A DNA stretch of 64,000 bases from Raillietiella orientalis (lineage: Eukaryota): positions 1,054,001-1,118,000 of the forward strand of contig JAYWIR010000047.1 of the NCBI GenBank assembly GCA_036172245.1. Reading direction: 5' to 3'. The notes under the pieces were generated by a model. That model made no database searches. It saw only the letters and a list, made by a program, of their open reading frames with translations, and was not told the origin of the DNA. Positions 32,567 through 46,100 of the stretch are shown here, one piece after another. Every line of letters begins with the position of its first letter. Positions within the stretch are counted from its first letter, which is position 1. The position numbers and the translations under genes are program-made.

Positions 32567-34342
32567 GTTTAACCAATTTTAGCAAGTTTCGCAAACACTC
32601 TGTACAAATAAAGGTTAATTACCGATGGCAACGCTGGTGGAAGATCTTCAAACGAAACCGGTGAAAATAATTGCCGTCGGATGGATCCCCGCTTCGGATT
32701 CCTCTTCGGATGGTTACACAATCCAGCTCGAAGAAAATCGCATAAAGCAGGTCCTCACAATAACGACGATTTCGAGAACCCGAGTCTCCCCCCCCCCTCT
32801 GCCCCCCTCCCCCGGTCTCCTGCTTTGGGTTTTCCATCCTTTGAGCAAACGCACGACGAAAATCAAGCGAGCATTCAGAATAAACATCGGTTCGATTTTA
32901 CAGAAGGAAATTCTCCAAGTTAATCTTCTTCTTCCTCGCTTTTAATGAAAGTTGGATGAAGCGTTTCCCACGACGAGAAACCGAGGACATCGGGATCGGA
33001 AAACGATGAACCCGCATCCCCCCCCCCCCCCCCCAAAAAAAAAAAATAAACAAACCTTTGTTTTCTTTGAATTTCTGCATGCCCAAAGCAAGAAGAAATG
33101 CTTCTCGTTGTAAAGCCAATAGGATCCAAATATTTAACGAATTTCCTTATTTATTCGCAGCGCTTTCCGCGGACAAGGAAAAAAAAGAAGGGAGTGGGAT
33201 GGGGGAGGGCCGCGAGGGACACCTCCACCGCCCCGACCGCATCCATGGGGGCGAGCCTTTTCGACAAGTCGACAAAAGAGTCCCGTGCGAAGCAAACCTT
33301 GGAAACACGCTGTTCCTGCTCGTCGCTGACGGCAGCGTCGATCACAAATTCACGCAGTTCTCCGCGCCACCGGGATCACGGAAAAGCGGGAACCGGGAAT
33401 GGATCCCGACAGAAAGAAAAAGAGGGACGTTCACCGTCATCCGAGTTGGGCTCGCGTGGCTTGGGCATTTCCGGGAGGGGACCCGGGGGGAGCGTCCCGA
33501 AGAGCGGAGCTCGGGAGCACGGTCCCGACTTTGGGCGAGCATAGGAGGGGAATGGGGGCGACAGGCGAAATCCAAACATCCAACTGAGATCACCCACTGG
33601 GCGTTTGCCGGGATTGAAATCCGCAAAATTTACGGCGGATCTTCAAAGTTCGAAGGACAAAGGGAGGGCGGGCGGGCGGGCGGGCGTTTCTCGCACATTC
33701 CCACCTCGCATTGATGGGAGAGCAACACCGATAAGCACTGATGTACACCTCGGAGTGTATTTCACACAGCACCTGCTTGGACATGAGGTAAGGATTTCAC
33801 GAGGTCTTGGAGTGAGCGCTTTGATTATCTGCTTGATGATTTTCTCATCAGCCTCGAATCGTGCGAGTTCCGTTAATAAGAGGAAGGAGGGAGGGAGGGA
33901 GTTAAGCCCATTGAACAGCAAAATCGGCCATCCGGAATTTCTCAAAACTGTAAATAGAAAAGGCCACAGCCTGCGTTGGGCTAACCAACCCTGGCATCCA
34001 TGGCTATGGCGGGCATAGCGACAACGCTAATCTGGTTGCTGGGTTTCCTGATTGCATCGAGGTTTGCATATGGGGGCTTGGAATCGCGAAAAATATGAAC
34101 GCCATTTTCAGCAAATTCGAATTTCGATTTTCGATGAACCCAGGGGGCTCGAATCAGGGCGGGTTTCTTTTTCCTTTTTTTTTGTTACAAAGGAAGAAAG
34201 GGAAACTTCGATTTCGAGAGACCATCCCGTAACCAAGGCAACCGGGATGTCGCCGTCGTCGTCGTCGCCGTCGTCGTGCACGTTGCTGTCGAATAAGATC
34301 CTTTCGCGGAAACGGAGGAGCCGAAATTCCACTCGGCGCTCA

Positions 34343-34647
34343 ACGTCTTCTGATTTCATTCCTTCCCTATCGCATTCCTGCATGCAGTCTGCGGAGGGCC
34401 ACGGAGGCGCAGCTTCCACGAACGCCATCTTCGCACATCCGACTCGCTCCTCGTTCCGATTCCTCCTGGTGGAAGTCTCTGCGCCAAACATCCGCGATGC
34501 CCATCTTCGGTATTTTTCATCCTCCGCCTCCAGAGGCAACCTGGACGGTGGCGCGCCAAGGTCTCCTCCTCCACTTTCTTGCATTCCCTTCTGCTCCTGT
34601 CCATTTCTTGATCACTTTTCCCTTTGTCCTGCGGCGCTCGCTTATGT
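34343..34647 (-). repeat. Right arm of 305-bp inverted repeat
   Basis: Reverse complement of 29970-30274. Confidence 0.95.
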
Positions 34648-34949
34648 AAGTCAAACACTAGACTGCAGGGAGGGGGGAGGAGCCCAAAGTGCTAATGGTA
34701 AACTTCAGTTACAAATATCCTTCAGTTTTATCATGGCAACGGGACGAGTGCACTTTCTACAATTGATGAATGTTAATTCTCTAATGCGTTAACGCAATTC
34801 CATTTGTAAAAGCCCTTAACCAAAGGAGACGTGGAAGTGCGAACGGTTTTTTCTCCTCGGTCCAGCGAAAAACGCCTTTGATGACCTCCGCAGCGTCGGC
34901 ACGTCAAGTCCATCCTCCATTTACTTTTTTGCACGGCGCGAAACGACAT

Positions 34950-35700
34950 TTCCGCACGAAAAGTTGGCGATTCTCGCGAGCGCCACGCTGGGCGCCTTTC
35001 CTGGTTCGGCGCCGCCCATCGACGTCGCTTGGGAGCGCGCCACGGCCGAAAGAAGCGCGCCCGCTGCCGCGTCCCTATCCGCCGCCCCATTAGTGGCGCT
35101 CGCGTTTGCCTTGAGGTTCCATTCCAGAAGGTTTTCGAGCAGGTTTGAGGGTCGTCCCGCGCAACTACACGAAGGACCCCCCGTTCGCACATTCTCCATG
35201 GAATCTCCTCGCCTCTCCTCAGCCAGCTGGTCCATTTCACGCAAAAAGTGGAAACGCACCCTCGGATCCACCAAAGATCATTTTTTTGTTTCAAGTGAAT
35301 GAAACGCGATGGCACGAGAGGCCTCGTGAGGACACAACTTGAAGCTCCGGGCGCAGTTCGGAGCTTACAGGCTGATTTTTTCGAGCGCCGCCACCTTATG
35401 GGAAAGGATTCATGCGGATGGAAGTTGGTTGCTAGGGTCACAAAATGAGTCTTCTCCGTGCAAGAGCGTAAGACCGACCACGGAAAGATCGCGGGACGCT
35501 GGCCCAGGTCAGCATCAGGCAGGGATGGAGCCTGGAAGCGTACGCAAGTCGGATCAAAGAGGCCGTTTCGCTGGAAACGCGCACTGCAGCAATGCCTTGG
35601 TTGCTACCTTGGTTTCGGACCGCTTGGCAACGTATTTGGAAAACAGCTCCGACTTCCGGTGCAAAATTCACGTCCGCGTGCGTGTTTTCAAAAGCAATTA
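34950..35700 (-). mobile_element. Decayed L1/Tx1-like RT relic
   Basis: FENTHADVNFAPEVGAVFQIR...NQG, IRLAYA (YADD-like) and KTFWNG...WRAPKRRRWAAPN in order. Confidence 0.4.
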
Positions 35701-36149
35701 ACAAAAAAGTAACGACAAAGCACGTGCGCACAAATTCCTTGTGGAACAACAGCGACAACGTCTCGCGAGCTCTTCTTCTTTTTGTGTTTTTTGTAACAGT
35801 TTGCTTCCAGTTGTTTGATCAAACAAAGGAGCAGCAGCTGCGGACAGAAGTGCAACGAAATGTTGCTCTTTCCTGGTAAGAGTGACCAAACGTGGGCGGA
35901 AAGCCTTCAAAGGTGCAGATGCAGTGGATGTGAATGCAGCCTGAACCGGAACGTTTCCGTGGAGGCCGAACGAACGCACGCAGGTCGTCTGGTCGTTCGT
36001 GGTCGTCTCGGCGAGAGAGTTCCCACGCGTGCGGAGATCACCACCCCGTTCGTCCCGAATTCCCACCGAAATCCCGACGATGGGATGTCCACACGTGAAG
36101 GCGATGGCGACGACCCACAGAGTCACATGCGCGTAGCGGAATCCGTCTG

Positions 36150-38690
36150 CATGCAATGTGCGAGACGTGCGCCGCATGGCCGCGGACGCATTTACGCGAT
36201 GCGTGTATGCAGCTCATGCACACGCACACACGTACGCGATCACGCCCCCCCCCCTCCCCACAAATCTCGGCGTGAGTTGCGGATGGGTCGCTGCAGAAAC
36301 AAAAGCTGGTGTATCGATTTCTGGGCGCGCCTGCGGATCGAACCCTTGCCGAACTGAGAGCCCCGTGGCGACTTGAGAGCATCGCGAACCCCTGCGCGTG
36401 CGCGCAGGCGGGGAGGAGTGCGCGCGCGCGCGCGCGCGCGAGTGAGAGAGAGGGGGGGGGGAAGCGAAATCCCTGAGCTGCCGCTCTCCCTCACGTCCGC
36501 GGGACGCCGGCCGCGCTCGCTCACGCCTCCTCCGCGGCATGCGCGCGCGCTCGTTGCGGTTGGCTCGCGAACGCTCCGCGCGCCGGGTCAGCCGAAAAGC
36601 TCACTCGCTTCTGACCCTTCTCGCCCGACACGCTAGGGGACGGAAGAGAGGGGGGGGGAGCAACAACAACAACCGGTTGCTGCCGATCCGTCTTTTTCGC
36701 TTGCCGGAGCCCTCGCCTTCCGGCAGCCGTGCGTGGGCGGGCCTGGACGAGAGCTGCCCAGCTGGGCCGGCGCTGCTAGAAAGCAGCGTACGGCACCTCC
36801 CTGCGCGCACGCGTGGGTTTTTCTTTCTCTCTCTCGCACGCACCTCGTTTTCGCACGCTCCGTTTCTTCAGGTCGGCGGGGGACCCCGTCGCCTCCCTTC
36901 GCCCCCGCTTCCGTCTCGTCGCGCCGCCCGCATTCGGGATCCGAGAGCGGTTCTCTCCGAAGGGTGGACGTGGGGAGGGAGGAAGAGGATCTCCTTCCGG
37001 GAGGCGCATGACGGGAGACCGTTCAGGAGAATTGCCCGCCACGGGCGCGCTCGTGGGTCCCCGGAGGGGAAGCCAGGGAGTCCCCCCTTCCGGAACTTGC
37101 CACTCGCTTCCGGAGGGTTCGCTGCGATGCCGCGCGGCGCTGAGGTTCGCATCCTGAAGGAGGAGCTTCCGCGGGTTCCCCTTTCGCCTCCTCCCCTTCC
37201 CTGTCGCGTCCGTCCGACCGTCCCCTTCCTCCTGCCTTCGAGGGGGGAGGGCGAAGCGCAACAGGCGCGCTCACGCACGAGGTGGCGGAAGAAAGAGGGG
37301 AAACGGCTGCCACCGCGGTCGCCCGGGGTTCCTCGAGATGGGTCTACCTTTGCCAGTGGTGCCAGAAGTCTCTCGGGAGGGATGGCACGAAGAGCGCCCG
37401 GCGCGCGGTTGTGTGAAGCGGCTCGCCGTCTCCGGCGCGGGAGCACCGCCCCGTCCTTCCCTCCGCGGAGGGGCGTGCTCGGCCTCCTGGCGAGATGGCT
37501 TGGGCGCTCGGGCTTTTCCACGGCCTTCCGTGAAGGTCGCAGTCTGCGAGGAGAGCGGGAGGAGGCGGAAAAGGTGGGCTCCGCGTGGCAGCCAGAGGGG
37601 AAGGACGCGCGTCTGATCGCCGCGGGCGGCCCCTCCTCCTCCTGAGCGCCCGTCACGCGACCAGGAGGCGGGCAGTGGCGGAGGGTTCCAGAAAATCCCG
37701 CTTAGAGCGCTCGGATGCTGCTGCAGCACGAGCGCCTTCCCGTGCTCCGCGCGCAGGCGAAGCGAGCGGCGGCTGGCAAGGCCCTGTGGTTCGCCTGCGA
37801 TGTTCCTTCGGGAGGAGGGGGGGAGGGATGCATCCGGGCGGCGGCGACAGAGGCGCCTGACAGGAGGGAGGGATGAGGGGGAGCACCTCTTTCTCCCTCC
37901 CTGCCGCGCGCCACCTTGCAGGACGGGAGGAGGAGCCGGTCGGTCCTCGCAAGAGACGGAAGGCTCCTTCATGCCTGCCGCTCGGGGAGGGAGGGGGGGG
38001 GGGTTCGGACGGGGATGATGATGAGGAGGAGGCCCTTTCTCTACAGGAAGAGGCTGCTCTTCCGCCCCGCGTGAGGCGGCGACGACGATTCCCGCTTTCT
38101 CGTTTGCCCCCTTCCTCGCCGGTAAGTTACCGCGCGCGAGCCCCTCCGGGCCTCCCTCCTCTGCCCATGAGATCCGTCGGGATCGAATCTTCCGGAGGGA
38201 GGAGGAGGCCGGAGGTGCCAGCGGCGCGCGGTTTCGCAGGCTGCGCGTGAGGGAGGGCGCGGGGTGGCGATCGTCGTGCTCGGGCACGGACGCCGTACCT
38301 CTTCCCCCTCGGCGGCGCTGCTGCTGCTCCGGGCGGCAGAGGTCGTCGCGTTGCGGCGCGCGGAGCGCCTTCCGTTGCTCCGGCAACGACTCTTTCGTGG
38401 GCTGCTGGAGTGCGCCGCCGCCTCCGCCCAAAGGACGGGGGAGGGTGGCGGCGTATCCTCGCGCGCGTTGTCACGCATCACGAGTGCGTCACTTCCGTCG
38501 CGGCGGGCTCGAGGGCAGCAGAACTTTCGCAGACGGGAAGGGGACACGCGGATTGAACCGGGCATACCCGGAAGGACCATAACCTGCCGTGACGGTCGTC
38601 TGGTCATGCGTGCATGGCTGGCCGGACGTCGCATGCCGACCGCGTGTCCATCCGGGAATGACGCAACAATCGTGTCGCCGCGAGTGTGAA
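36150..38690. other. Very GC/CpG-rich island without a recognisable protein
   Basis: Dense CpG, G-runs and GA repeats. Long ORFs on both strands are R/G/P/A-rich low-complexity products of GC bias. Confidence 0.6.
36421..36440. repeat. (CG)10 tract
   Basis: Read directly from the sequence. Confidence 0.95.
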
Positions 38691-41149
38691 AAATACTTGA
38701 CCGGTCGAAGGCTGCTTATAGTGCCTGGCATCCGTGTTCACACGTGACACGCCTATGGGAAAAATGATCAGGAATCTAAAAATCTAAAAGCGACACTTGT
38801 GGCACGGTAATTTATTATTATTTTTTATTTTTAGGCACGCCAATTTCAGAAAGGCTTACGAGGGACGGGTGGGGAAGGAGGTGTCTCTTACAGATTTCAA
38901 AATGGCGACGGCATGTCACCCACTTTCAGCAGCTCGCTGTGCCTCTGCTGCAAGTTGCGAATGTTGAATTTTCCCTGATGAAGAGGGGGTTGCTTAGGTA
39001 TAGTGGGGGGCCCCGTGTGTACAAGTTTTTTCCTCTTTTTTTTGGGGGGGGGGGGGGGAGGGGGGGCTGCTGCTTGCTTGTCACGGTCGAGAGCAAACGA
39101 ATGGAACACAGATGAGGGGGGGAAGCGGTGGCTTGTCCTAGCGCCTCCGCCTGCCGGAACTCTTACCCAGCTAAGCCTAACGGTGCCCTGATGGTGGCTC
39201 GTCATCACTTCAGTCCACCAGGCTCTTTTTTTTCTTCACCGTCCCGTCAAGCCAGGCTTTCCCCCCTTTCCTTGGCTCCTCGTCGCGGAATCGGCCCTTG
39301 GCCGGGGGTGGGGGTGGGAGAGGACACTTATGCCGGGGATGAGCTGCGTGCTCATCCGCGCGCGCGCGCTTGCCGCCAATCCCGTAACATTCTTCCCAGT
39401 GCGCGCTTTCCCTTCCCCTCTCGGCCCGCGCCTCGTATCGATTCTTTTCGCGGGACTGCGTTCTCCCCGGACGCGGCTTCCAGGAGGGGTTCCTTGCAGC
39501 TCCTGCAGTCCTGCCGAGCGGCGGCGGCGGCATCTCCCTAGCCACACGGAGACAAGCTCGGTATCCACCTCCGTCGCTCCTGCGAAGGCTGCTCAAACAT
39601 CGCTGCTGTTTCCACCGGGCAGTGGCGAAGGCTCTGGCTGCGTCTCTTTGTCTCTCCCTCCCTCCCTCCTTCCTTTCAAGGGTTGACGTGGAGACGGCTC
39701 ACATTCGTTCTTCTTGTGCAAGTCCGTTCCTAAGGGAGAGGGAAGCCCGGCATGACGCACGCAGATCGCATGCATGCCAAGAGTGTTCATCATCGTCGCA
39801 AGTGAGTTAACGTGACGGTGGATTTATTGTGCGAGGCGTGATACGGGCACGTCGTCGTCGTCAGGGAAGGACGAAGCTACCGGTTGCCAAGGGGGCTCCG
39901 ACGAGCAGCGGAAGGCGCGCTTGCGCCTCCACAAGCTCCCTCTTCCGGGGACGGATCCGACCTTTGGCGGCCTATTCGAGCTGGTTGGCGCGCCCGGCAC
40001 CGATCCGGGATGCCTCCTGACCGCGGGCGGTTGAGCGTGGTCACACCCGCTTCTCCCCGCTCGCAAACAGCACGGAATCCGCAGGGGCCGAGGCGGGCAG
40101 AAGGGGAGGGGCTGCCGCAGAGTTCCCGAACGCACGCGGCGTTGCGCCCATCTCCTTTCCTGCGGAGCGCCTCGGGAAATACCGCCGCAGTCCGGCCTCC
40201 ATCCTGATCGACTCCTCCAGAAGACCACCCCCTCCCGCCCCCCGCACTCCACCCTCCACTTGAGGCTCGCTGGTCCTGCGCGGGGGGAATCTCGGGGTTC
40301 CGGCCTTGCTGTCGCTCGCTGCGCTCCCTCCTGCTGCTCCTCCGCGCGTTTTCGGGCGAGAAACATCGCAGCGAAGGACGCGGTCGTCGTCGTCGTCGTC
40401 TGTTGCGACGGTCCGCCCGGCATTCCGCTGCAACACTGATGGAGAAAGGAGGAACACCACCAACACTCCTCCTCACTTTGCCCGTCATCCACTTCCGGTG
40501 CGGTGGTTTCCTCGTGCTCGCCTAGCCGATGACGCACGTTCCGGTTTGTTGAGATCACGGCTGAAGCAGAAAGAGCAGATAAACAAGAGGAGCGGTGTTC
40601 CTGAAGTGGCACGTTTCATCTGCATCACGCAGGATATTGAACGTTCCAGATAGAGGTTGAACTCCGGACTCCTGGACACATCCAGGACTCGCAGACTTTA
40701 GACTCTTGGGCTTTCGGTTGATAGTTCTTTTGTCTTTTTTTTTTTTTTTTTTTTTTTATTTCTTGCGAGATACCGCAGAGCTGCGGTCCTGCCGATACCC
40801 AAAGCTCTCATCCGGAAACTGCCTGCAGTCATCCGCTCGCAGTTCCCATCGGAATCGAAGCGCGTGGGGGAAGAGATTCTCTTGCCGTTCGTTACAAAGG
40901 CCTCGTTTCCCGGCATTCTTTCTTTGCTAAGTAGCCTCAGTGACGGCAGAAAATCTCCCGGAACCGGCACACTAATCTGGTTGGAAAGGAAGAAGGGGGA
41001 GGGAGGAAGAGAGTTGCGTAGGGTAGTTGCATCGAAGCATGCTGGAAGCTGGACGTCCAACTCGCAATCCCTTAGAAGCAGAGGAGGTGGTCGGTTCTCT
41101 GAGTGACCCCGCGGGCTCTGCGGAGTCATCGAAAGACAGGAAGCTGAAT

Positions 41150-43150
41150 GCTGCTGTCAGTCCCCCACCGTGTAATCTCATTATTTCAGCCTTTCGTAAA
41201 CCTCGTGCTGTTCCCGACGTGGCCGACCCGCTGGTCTTGTCGACCCAAAGAACGGACCTCGTTACGGTATGCTCTGGATACGCAGCAACTCCGGCGGACC
41301 ACTGCGGCGGCAGCTCGTCGAAATGCACATCGCTGTTGCGTCTCTCGCCCTGGGCTCCAAAAGTCCGCCCGCCCGTCCGCCCTTGGTGCCGGCAGAGAGT
41401 AGCTTTGAAAGCCGAGGTCCCCTCCCCCCCACCCTATTGCACTTGGAAACCAACACGGAAGCGCTGTAAAAATGCCACCGGAAGGAGTGGGCTGCTTGCT
41501 TGCATTCCCGCACCGATTATCGAATGCGCTCAGCACAACTGGAGCGGCACCTGCAGAGCACATGCGTGCGTATACAAACAGGGGGACAAAGGAACAGCAG
41601 AGTGTTCCTCGAACAACTGAACACGAAGGCAGGTGGGAAAAGATGGCAGGAAAGCTGTGCGGCGAGGAGTGAACTTCCGGTGCCAGACCGAGGCACACGA
41701 GGAGCGATTCTCGAACGAAGCGCAGGGAAGAATTCACAAGGATGGCTATTTCAAAGTCGAAGGGAGTCTGCTACACACCTCTTGATGGGTGTGGTGTTTC
41801 TGGGGGGTAACTCCGCTCTCCGTGGTCGCACTGTACATGTTCTACTTTACGGACACGAAGTGGACGACTACGCAGAGACCAAGAACTAGGTCTACCGCTG
41901 ACGACGGCGATCCGTACCCCTAGATCAACATACCTACGGAACTCAAGGAGAAACTGGGAGGGAGTAACGCTACTAAGAGACCGGAAAGTCCACCGAGATA
42001 GCGCTCTCATCATCGATTTTTGACCTCATTGGATCCGATAGACATGAGAACTGCATCTGCTGGATGAGCATAAAGGACAAGTTGTTTGTTTTCCTTGGCG
42101 AAACGAATGAATGCATTCACGGGGTGAACCTTTAATATATATATATATATATATATATATTACAAAATTGGAAAGCAGCTTTGTACCGATGACTGTCCTC
42201 TCAGCAAAGAGAACGGAAGTTTGGTTTTCCCGTCTAGGTCCGGTTACTGTTGATTCTCGGCAATCACGCAAAAACACCGTCAGCGCGCTTTTCCCTGTTT
42301 TACTCATATGAAGCGATCGGAACGAGAGGATGTGTTTCGATAGGGACAAGTTTCCGAAATGCTCTTTCGAAAGTATTTAAAGAGCCACTCGATCTTCCCT
42401 TCCAAAGTATCTCGCCTTTCTGTTGGCCCTGATGCGCGAGTTGTATTGTGATTTTTCTAAAGTTATGAGCGTTGTTCTCTCCGGCCCTCCTGGGCCCTTT
42501 TCAATCTTCATGGTTGTTTCCCCACTTCTTCGACGATCGTGCAAACAAGTTGGCTGGATGGTGAGCAACGGCTCCGAACTGCCCCCCTTCCCAAGGTAAA
42601 CCTGGGTCCTCCCGTTTTTGTGACTTTTTATAGGAGTACTCCCCCTCGAAGGGCATTCAGCTTATTTATGAAAGTTTAAATCGTCGAACTGTTCATAATT
42701 GTAAAAGGACTTACGGATACACGCTAGATAGTGTGTGTCCCGTGGCATGAAGGGTTGAGTCGCAAGCCATGAGGAGAAACTGCTGCATACGCATCAAAAG
42801 AATGGTGGGGAATGGAATCTCAGGCAAGTTCGGGAAAAAACCGGAAGTGGATGGTGCTGGAACATGGAGGAAGTACTCGAGAAAATCTGAATGTTTCACA
42901 CTCCAAAATTAACATATTTGTGTCAAATTTTCTTAATCGAGTTTAGCCGAACCAGAGCGAATGTTTGCAAAACCAAGATCAAAACAAGATGGCTCAGCAA
43001 CACCTGGGTTTCCGAGATGTTTCTGAATGAAAACTCCAGAGACAAAAAGTCAATTCTTTATTAAATACTACTACTTTCCAGTTGAAGGGCGAAGGTTGGC
43101 GCTCCATGTCTCTTAAGACCTTGAAGAATCATTAAACTGTATCGTTACGA
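41150..43150 (+). mobile_element. Decayed L1/Tx1-like ORF2 relic (end of APE through RT)
   Basis: QRTDLVTVCS...PADHC (RID...SDH), SFVPMTVLS...SRLGPVTVDSRQS (WRPITLL...RL...QS), TSFRNALSKV (LDFEKAFDKV) and YYFPVEGRRLAL (YLPxxxGGLGL) in order. Confidence 0.5.
42135..42160. repeat. (AT)n microsatellite inside a LINE relic
   Basis: Read directly from the sequence. Confidence 0.9.
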
Positions 43151-46100
43151 TGTACTGCCAATCAGTTTTTTTTTTTTTTTTTTTGTGCATGAGAGTGAAT
43201 GTTATCCAAGCATCGATAATTATTTTTTAAGATAACATATTCCTTGGATATCATTTTCCATAATGTCTGTAACCAAGGAATTGTAATTATATATACATAA
43301 AAAAAAGCAAACACGGGTAGAGGTATTCTGCTCGGCAACTACTGTTCTTCTCGTTTGGTCCAGTGGCTTCTGTCCGTTGCATGCTTTAGCAAATCCCTAT
43401 AGTACCCTATAGCAGAACCGTGTATCCTTCCAGATCTGCTTTGAATCTTCAGCTTATCAAAGCTTCAAATATGTTCCAGAGAATGATTCAGCCAACGTTA
43501 CAGTGATTGGTTACGGTGCTCGAATTCGCATATCAAAAAGCAGAATGTTGGAAATTAACGCCACTCAATTGGATCCTGGTGCAACGACATACAAATTACA
43601 GTGAAACAGCATGGCTTTTTCTGACTGCACTTTGTACATGGTAATGCATAATTTAAAAAGTGCTTCATGTAACGAAGAAAACTGAAAAAATATCGAAAAC
43701 ATTTCAGATTACCGGGGAAAAAATTCAGAATACGGTTTCACAATCACATGTCAAACGCTGAAAATCACAAGATGTTACTATGCACATAATCAACAAGACA
43801 TTTCACAACGGCCACGCTTTCACTGCCTTTTTCTTTCTTTCGGCTCGGGGAGACAAAAACTGCAACATTCAGAAATTGGAAGGGAATCGGTCACGAAAAC
43901 ACCGTTCACTGATTGAGTACTGTACCAAGTGAAAAAACAGATACCCAAATTTCTCCTTGAAAACTGCTTGAAAAATTTGCTACTGTTATTTGAAACGCCA
44001 TCGAATATGCATTCGAAGCTCACTTGGGTGATTTTCAAAGTCTGAAAATCACCAGGGGAGAACACGCGAGAGGTTTCTCTAAAACGCACTGCAACACAAC
44101 ACGGACAGCTGGACACACACACGAGACGTGAATGGGTGGTGTGCAAAGGGTATGGATAGCTGCAGAGTGAAAAGCCAACACCAAAGTGCTGAAAGCCATG
44201 GACACAACCGAGAGAGGCCATCACCAAAGTGGTTCTCGCAAGCAAGGTTACTTTCCATACGAGCCGTCGTGCCCTTGCTATGCCCACAGAAAATTTGGAA
44301 ATCTGGAAACAGGAGGGCAAAAAAAATAAAAAATAAAATAAAATGGAGTAAAAATGAAAAAAAAAAAAAAAAATGGGTGGCTTTTTTGACCAGGTCCCTC
44401 TCTATGACGGGAAAGACGTAAAACGTAAAACTTCTGTTCCCGGGCATAACCGAGGAGGCAAATGTGGTCAACTACTGCGTGTGCACAGGCAAACGACAAA
44501 TCAAAGTACGAGGCTCTCGTCTCCGTACACGATGCCGTATAGATAGAGACACCAATACGTTTTTGCACATGCTAAAAATAGTTTCATCACAAAAACAACG
44601 CATCCGTCGGGATTCGAAAAATTTTTTGGCATCAAAGCAACCTGCAGGTCAATGACGAAATATCCACTGGCGAACATTTTGCATCGAGTCAACTTTCGAG
44701 AACCACCAGCATATGCTTTTGACAGATATTCGAGGTAACGAAACCGTAACCAGATACCGAAGGTGTCTGCCAGAATATCGGCAAAAAGCTACCCCTAAAA
44801 AGTGTTCGTCTATTGCATCTGCGAAAATTCGCCGCCAATACCCTCCTGCCACATTTGAAGTTTTGCCTACACAAGGAACTTGCATGTTTTTTTTGTGTGT
44901 TTGTTTGTTTGTAAATGTAAAGCAATCTGAATACAACGCACTCTTTTTCATTCCTCGCTGCACCTCCGATTAACAGTTTTAGCTCTGTTACGATTATCAT
45001 GTAAGCTGTACTCGCGTGTATTGAAAACGGGGAAAAAACAAAAATCCTTCCACTAAATAAACCAAGAACACCTTTCGTGTTGGGATCCAAGCTCTCCAAT
45101 CAAAGATTTCTAAGCAAAGGGTGAACATGTGCTGAAATTTGTTAATCGCATGCCAACACCGGGATGCTCACGTGTAGAAATGCAAATTTCGAATCCTCAC
45201 ACGAGGTCACAAAGGTTCCGTGGTGCTTTGCTTTCCGACAGCATCCAGCCATACGGATATGGGGGCAGAACTCGACGCCTCTTGCTAAGGCACCAGAATC
45301 ATTTTATTTGCTCAATGGGAGAACAGAGTCACGTTGCAGCGATTCTGTTTGGGGACAGCAGTAACAACGCTTCTGTTTACCAAACAAATCAGCTTTCATG
45401 TTTACAAAAAAAAAAAAAAAAAAGTACGTTTGAAAGAATTACGTACGACTTTCGACGTACCACTGCATCCATTAGTAAGATAAGAACCCCAAAGTTTCTA
45501 GTACCATTTACCAGATGAATGATGCTCGCAAGAGCCATCTTGACATGATAACCACAGAACTTATCAAACTGCACAAACCAGGAGTGAGCAAAGCATGTTA
45601 AAAAGATGGAGCTTAAAAACGTCTTATCGCAAATCGACTGCTCAAATTTAGGAGCCATAGTTTTTCTGAGTCTAAGATTCCTTTTTTTCTCACTTTCTAC
45701 CATCGCCTTTACATCAGTTTCATTCTCAATTTTTTTTTTTTTTTTGAAGAAAGTTCCTTTGTTTTAAAACTGGCCCTCTTTCACTGTAAGATTCCAATTA
45801 CCTCTTTCACGAAAGAATAATAATAATTACAAAACGTCCAATACGACAACGGTACGGTAAAGACACGCCACCGCCATTCCTGACGGGCCAGCCTCACGTA
45901 AATCCTACTGTACAACGTGTGTATACGATACATGGCCACAAAATGCACTACAGCTGCAGCAGCAATGTGTGTACTTGTGTGCGCACGCAGATAAACGGAA
46001 CCACAACACACACCGACTCACTCACTTCTTTTTGCATAAGTGAGATTGCCATATGTAGGACTTTGCTACACACTTCACTTTAGGATCAACTGTTCCATGA

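Noticed and set aside
29970..34647. Interpretation as a 4.7-kb DNA transposon with long TIRs
   Set aside because: No TSD, no transposase, and the left arm is continuous with a surrounding LINE relic.
35800..35880. Plus-strand exon-like segment (polypyrimidine-CAG...TG|GTAAG)
   Set aside because: No partner exons or recognisable peptide. It cannot be supported without RNA data.
36539..38431. Long ORFs of 368 aa (+), 262 aa (-) and 386 aa (-)
   Set aside because: They overlap on both strands, are R/G/P/A low-complexity and have no domain. Stop-codon scarcity in very GC-rich DNA explains them.
39824..40679. Minus-strand ORFs with CSFCFS and CWWCSSFLH motifs
   Set aside because: May be a knuckle remnant of a retroelement, but the motifs are incomplete and split across frames.
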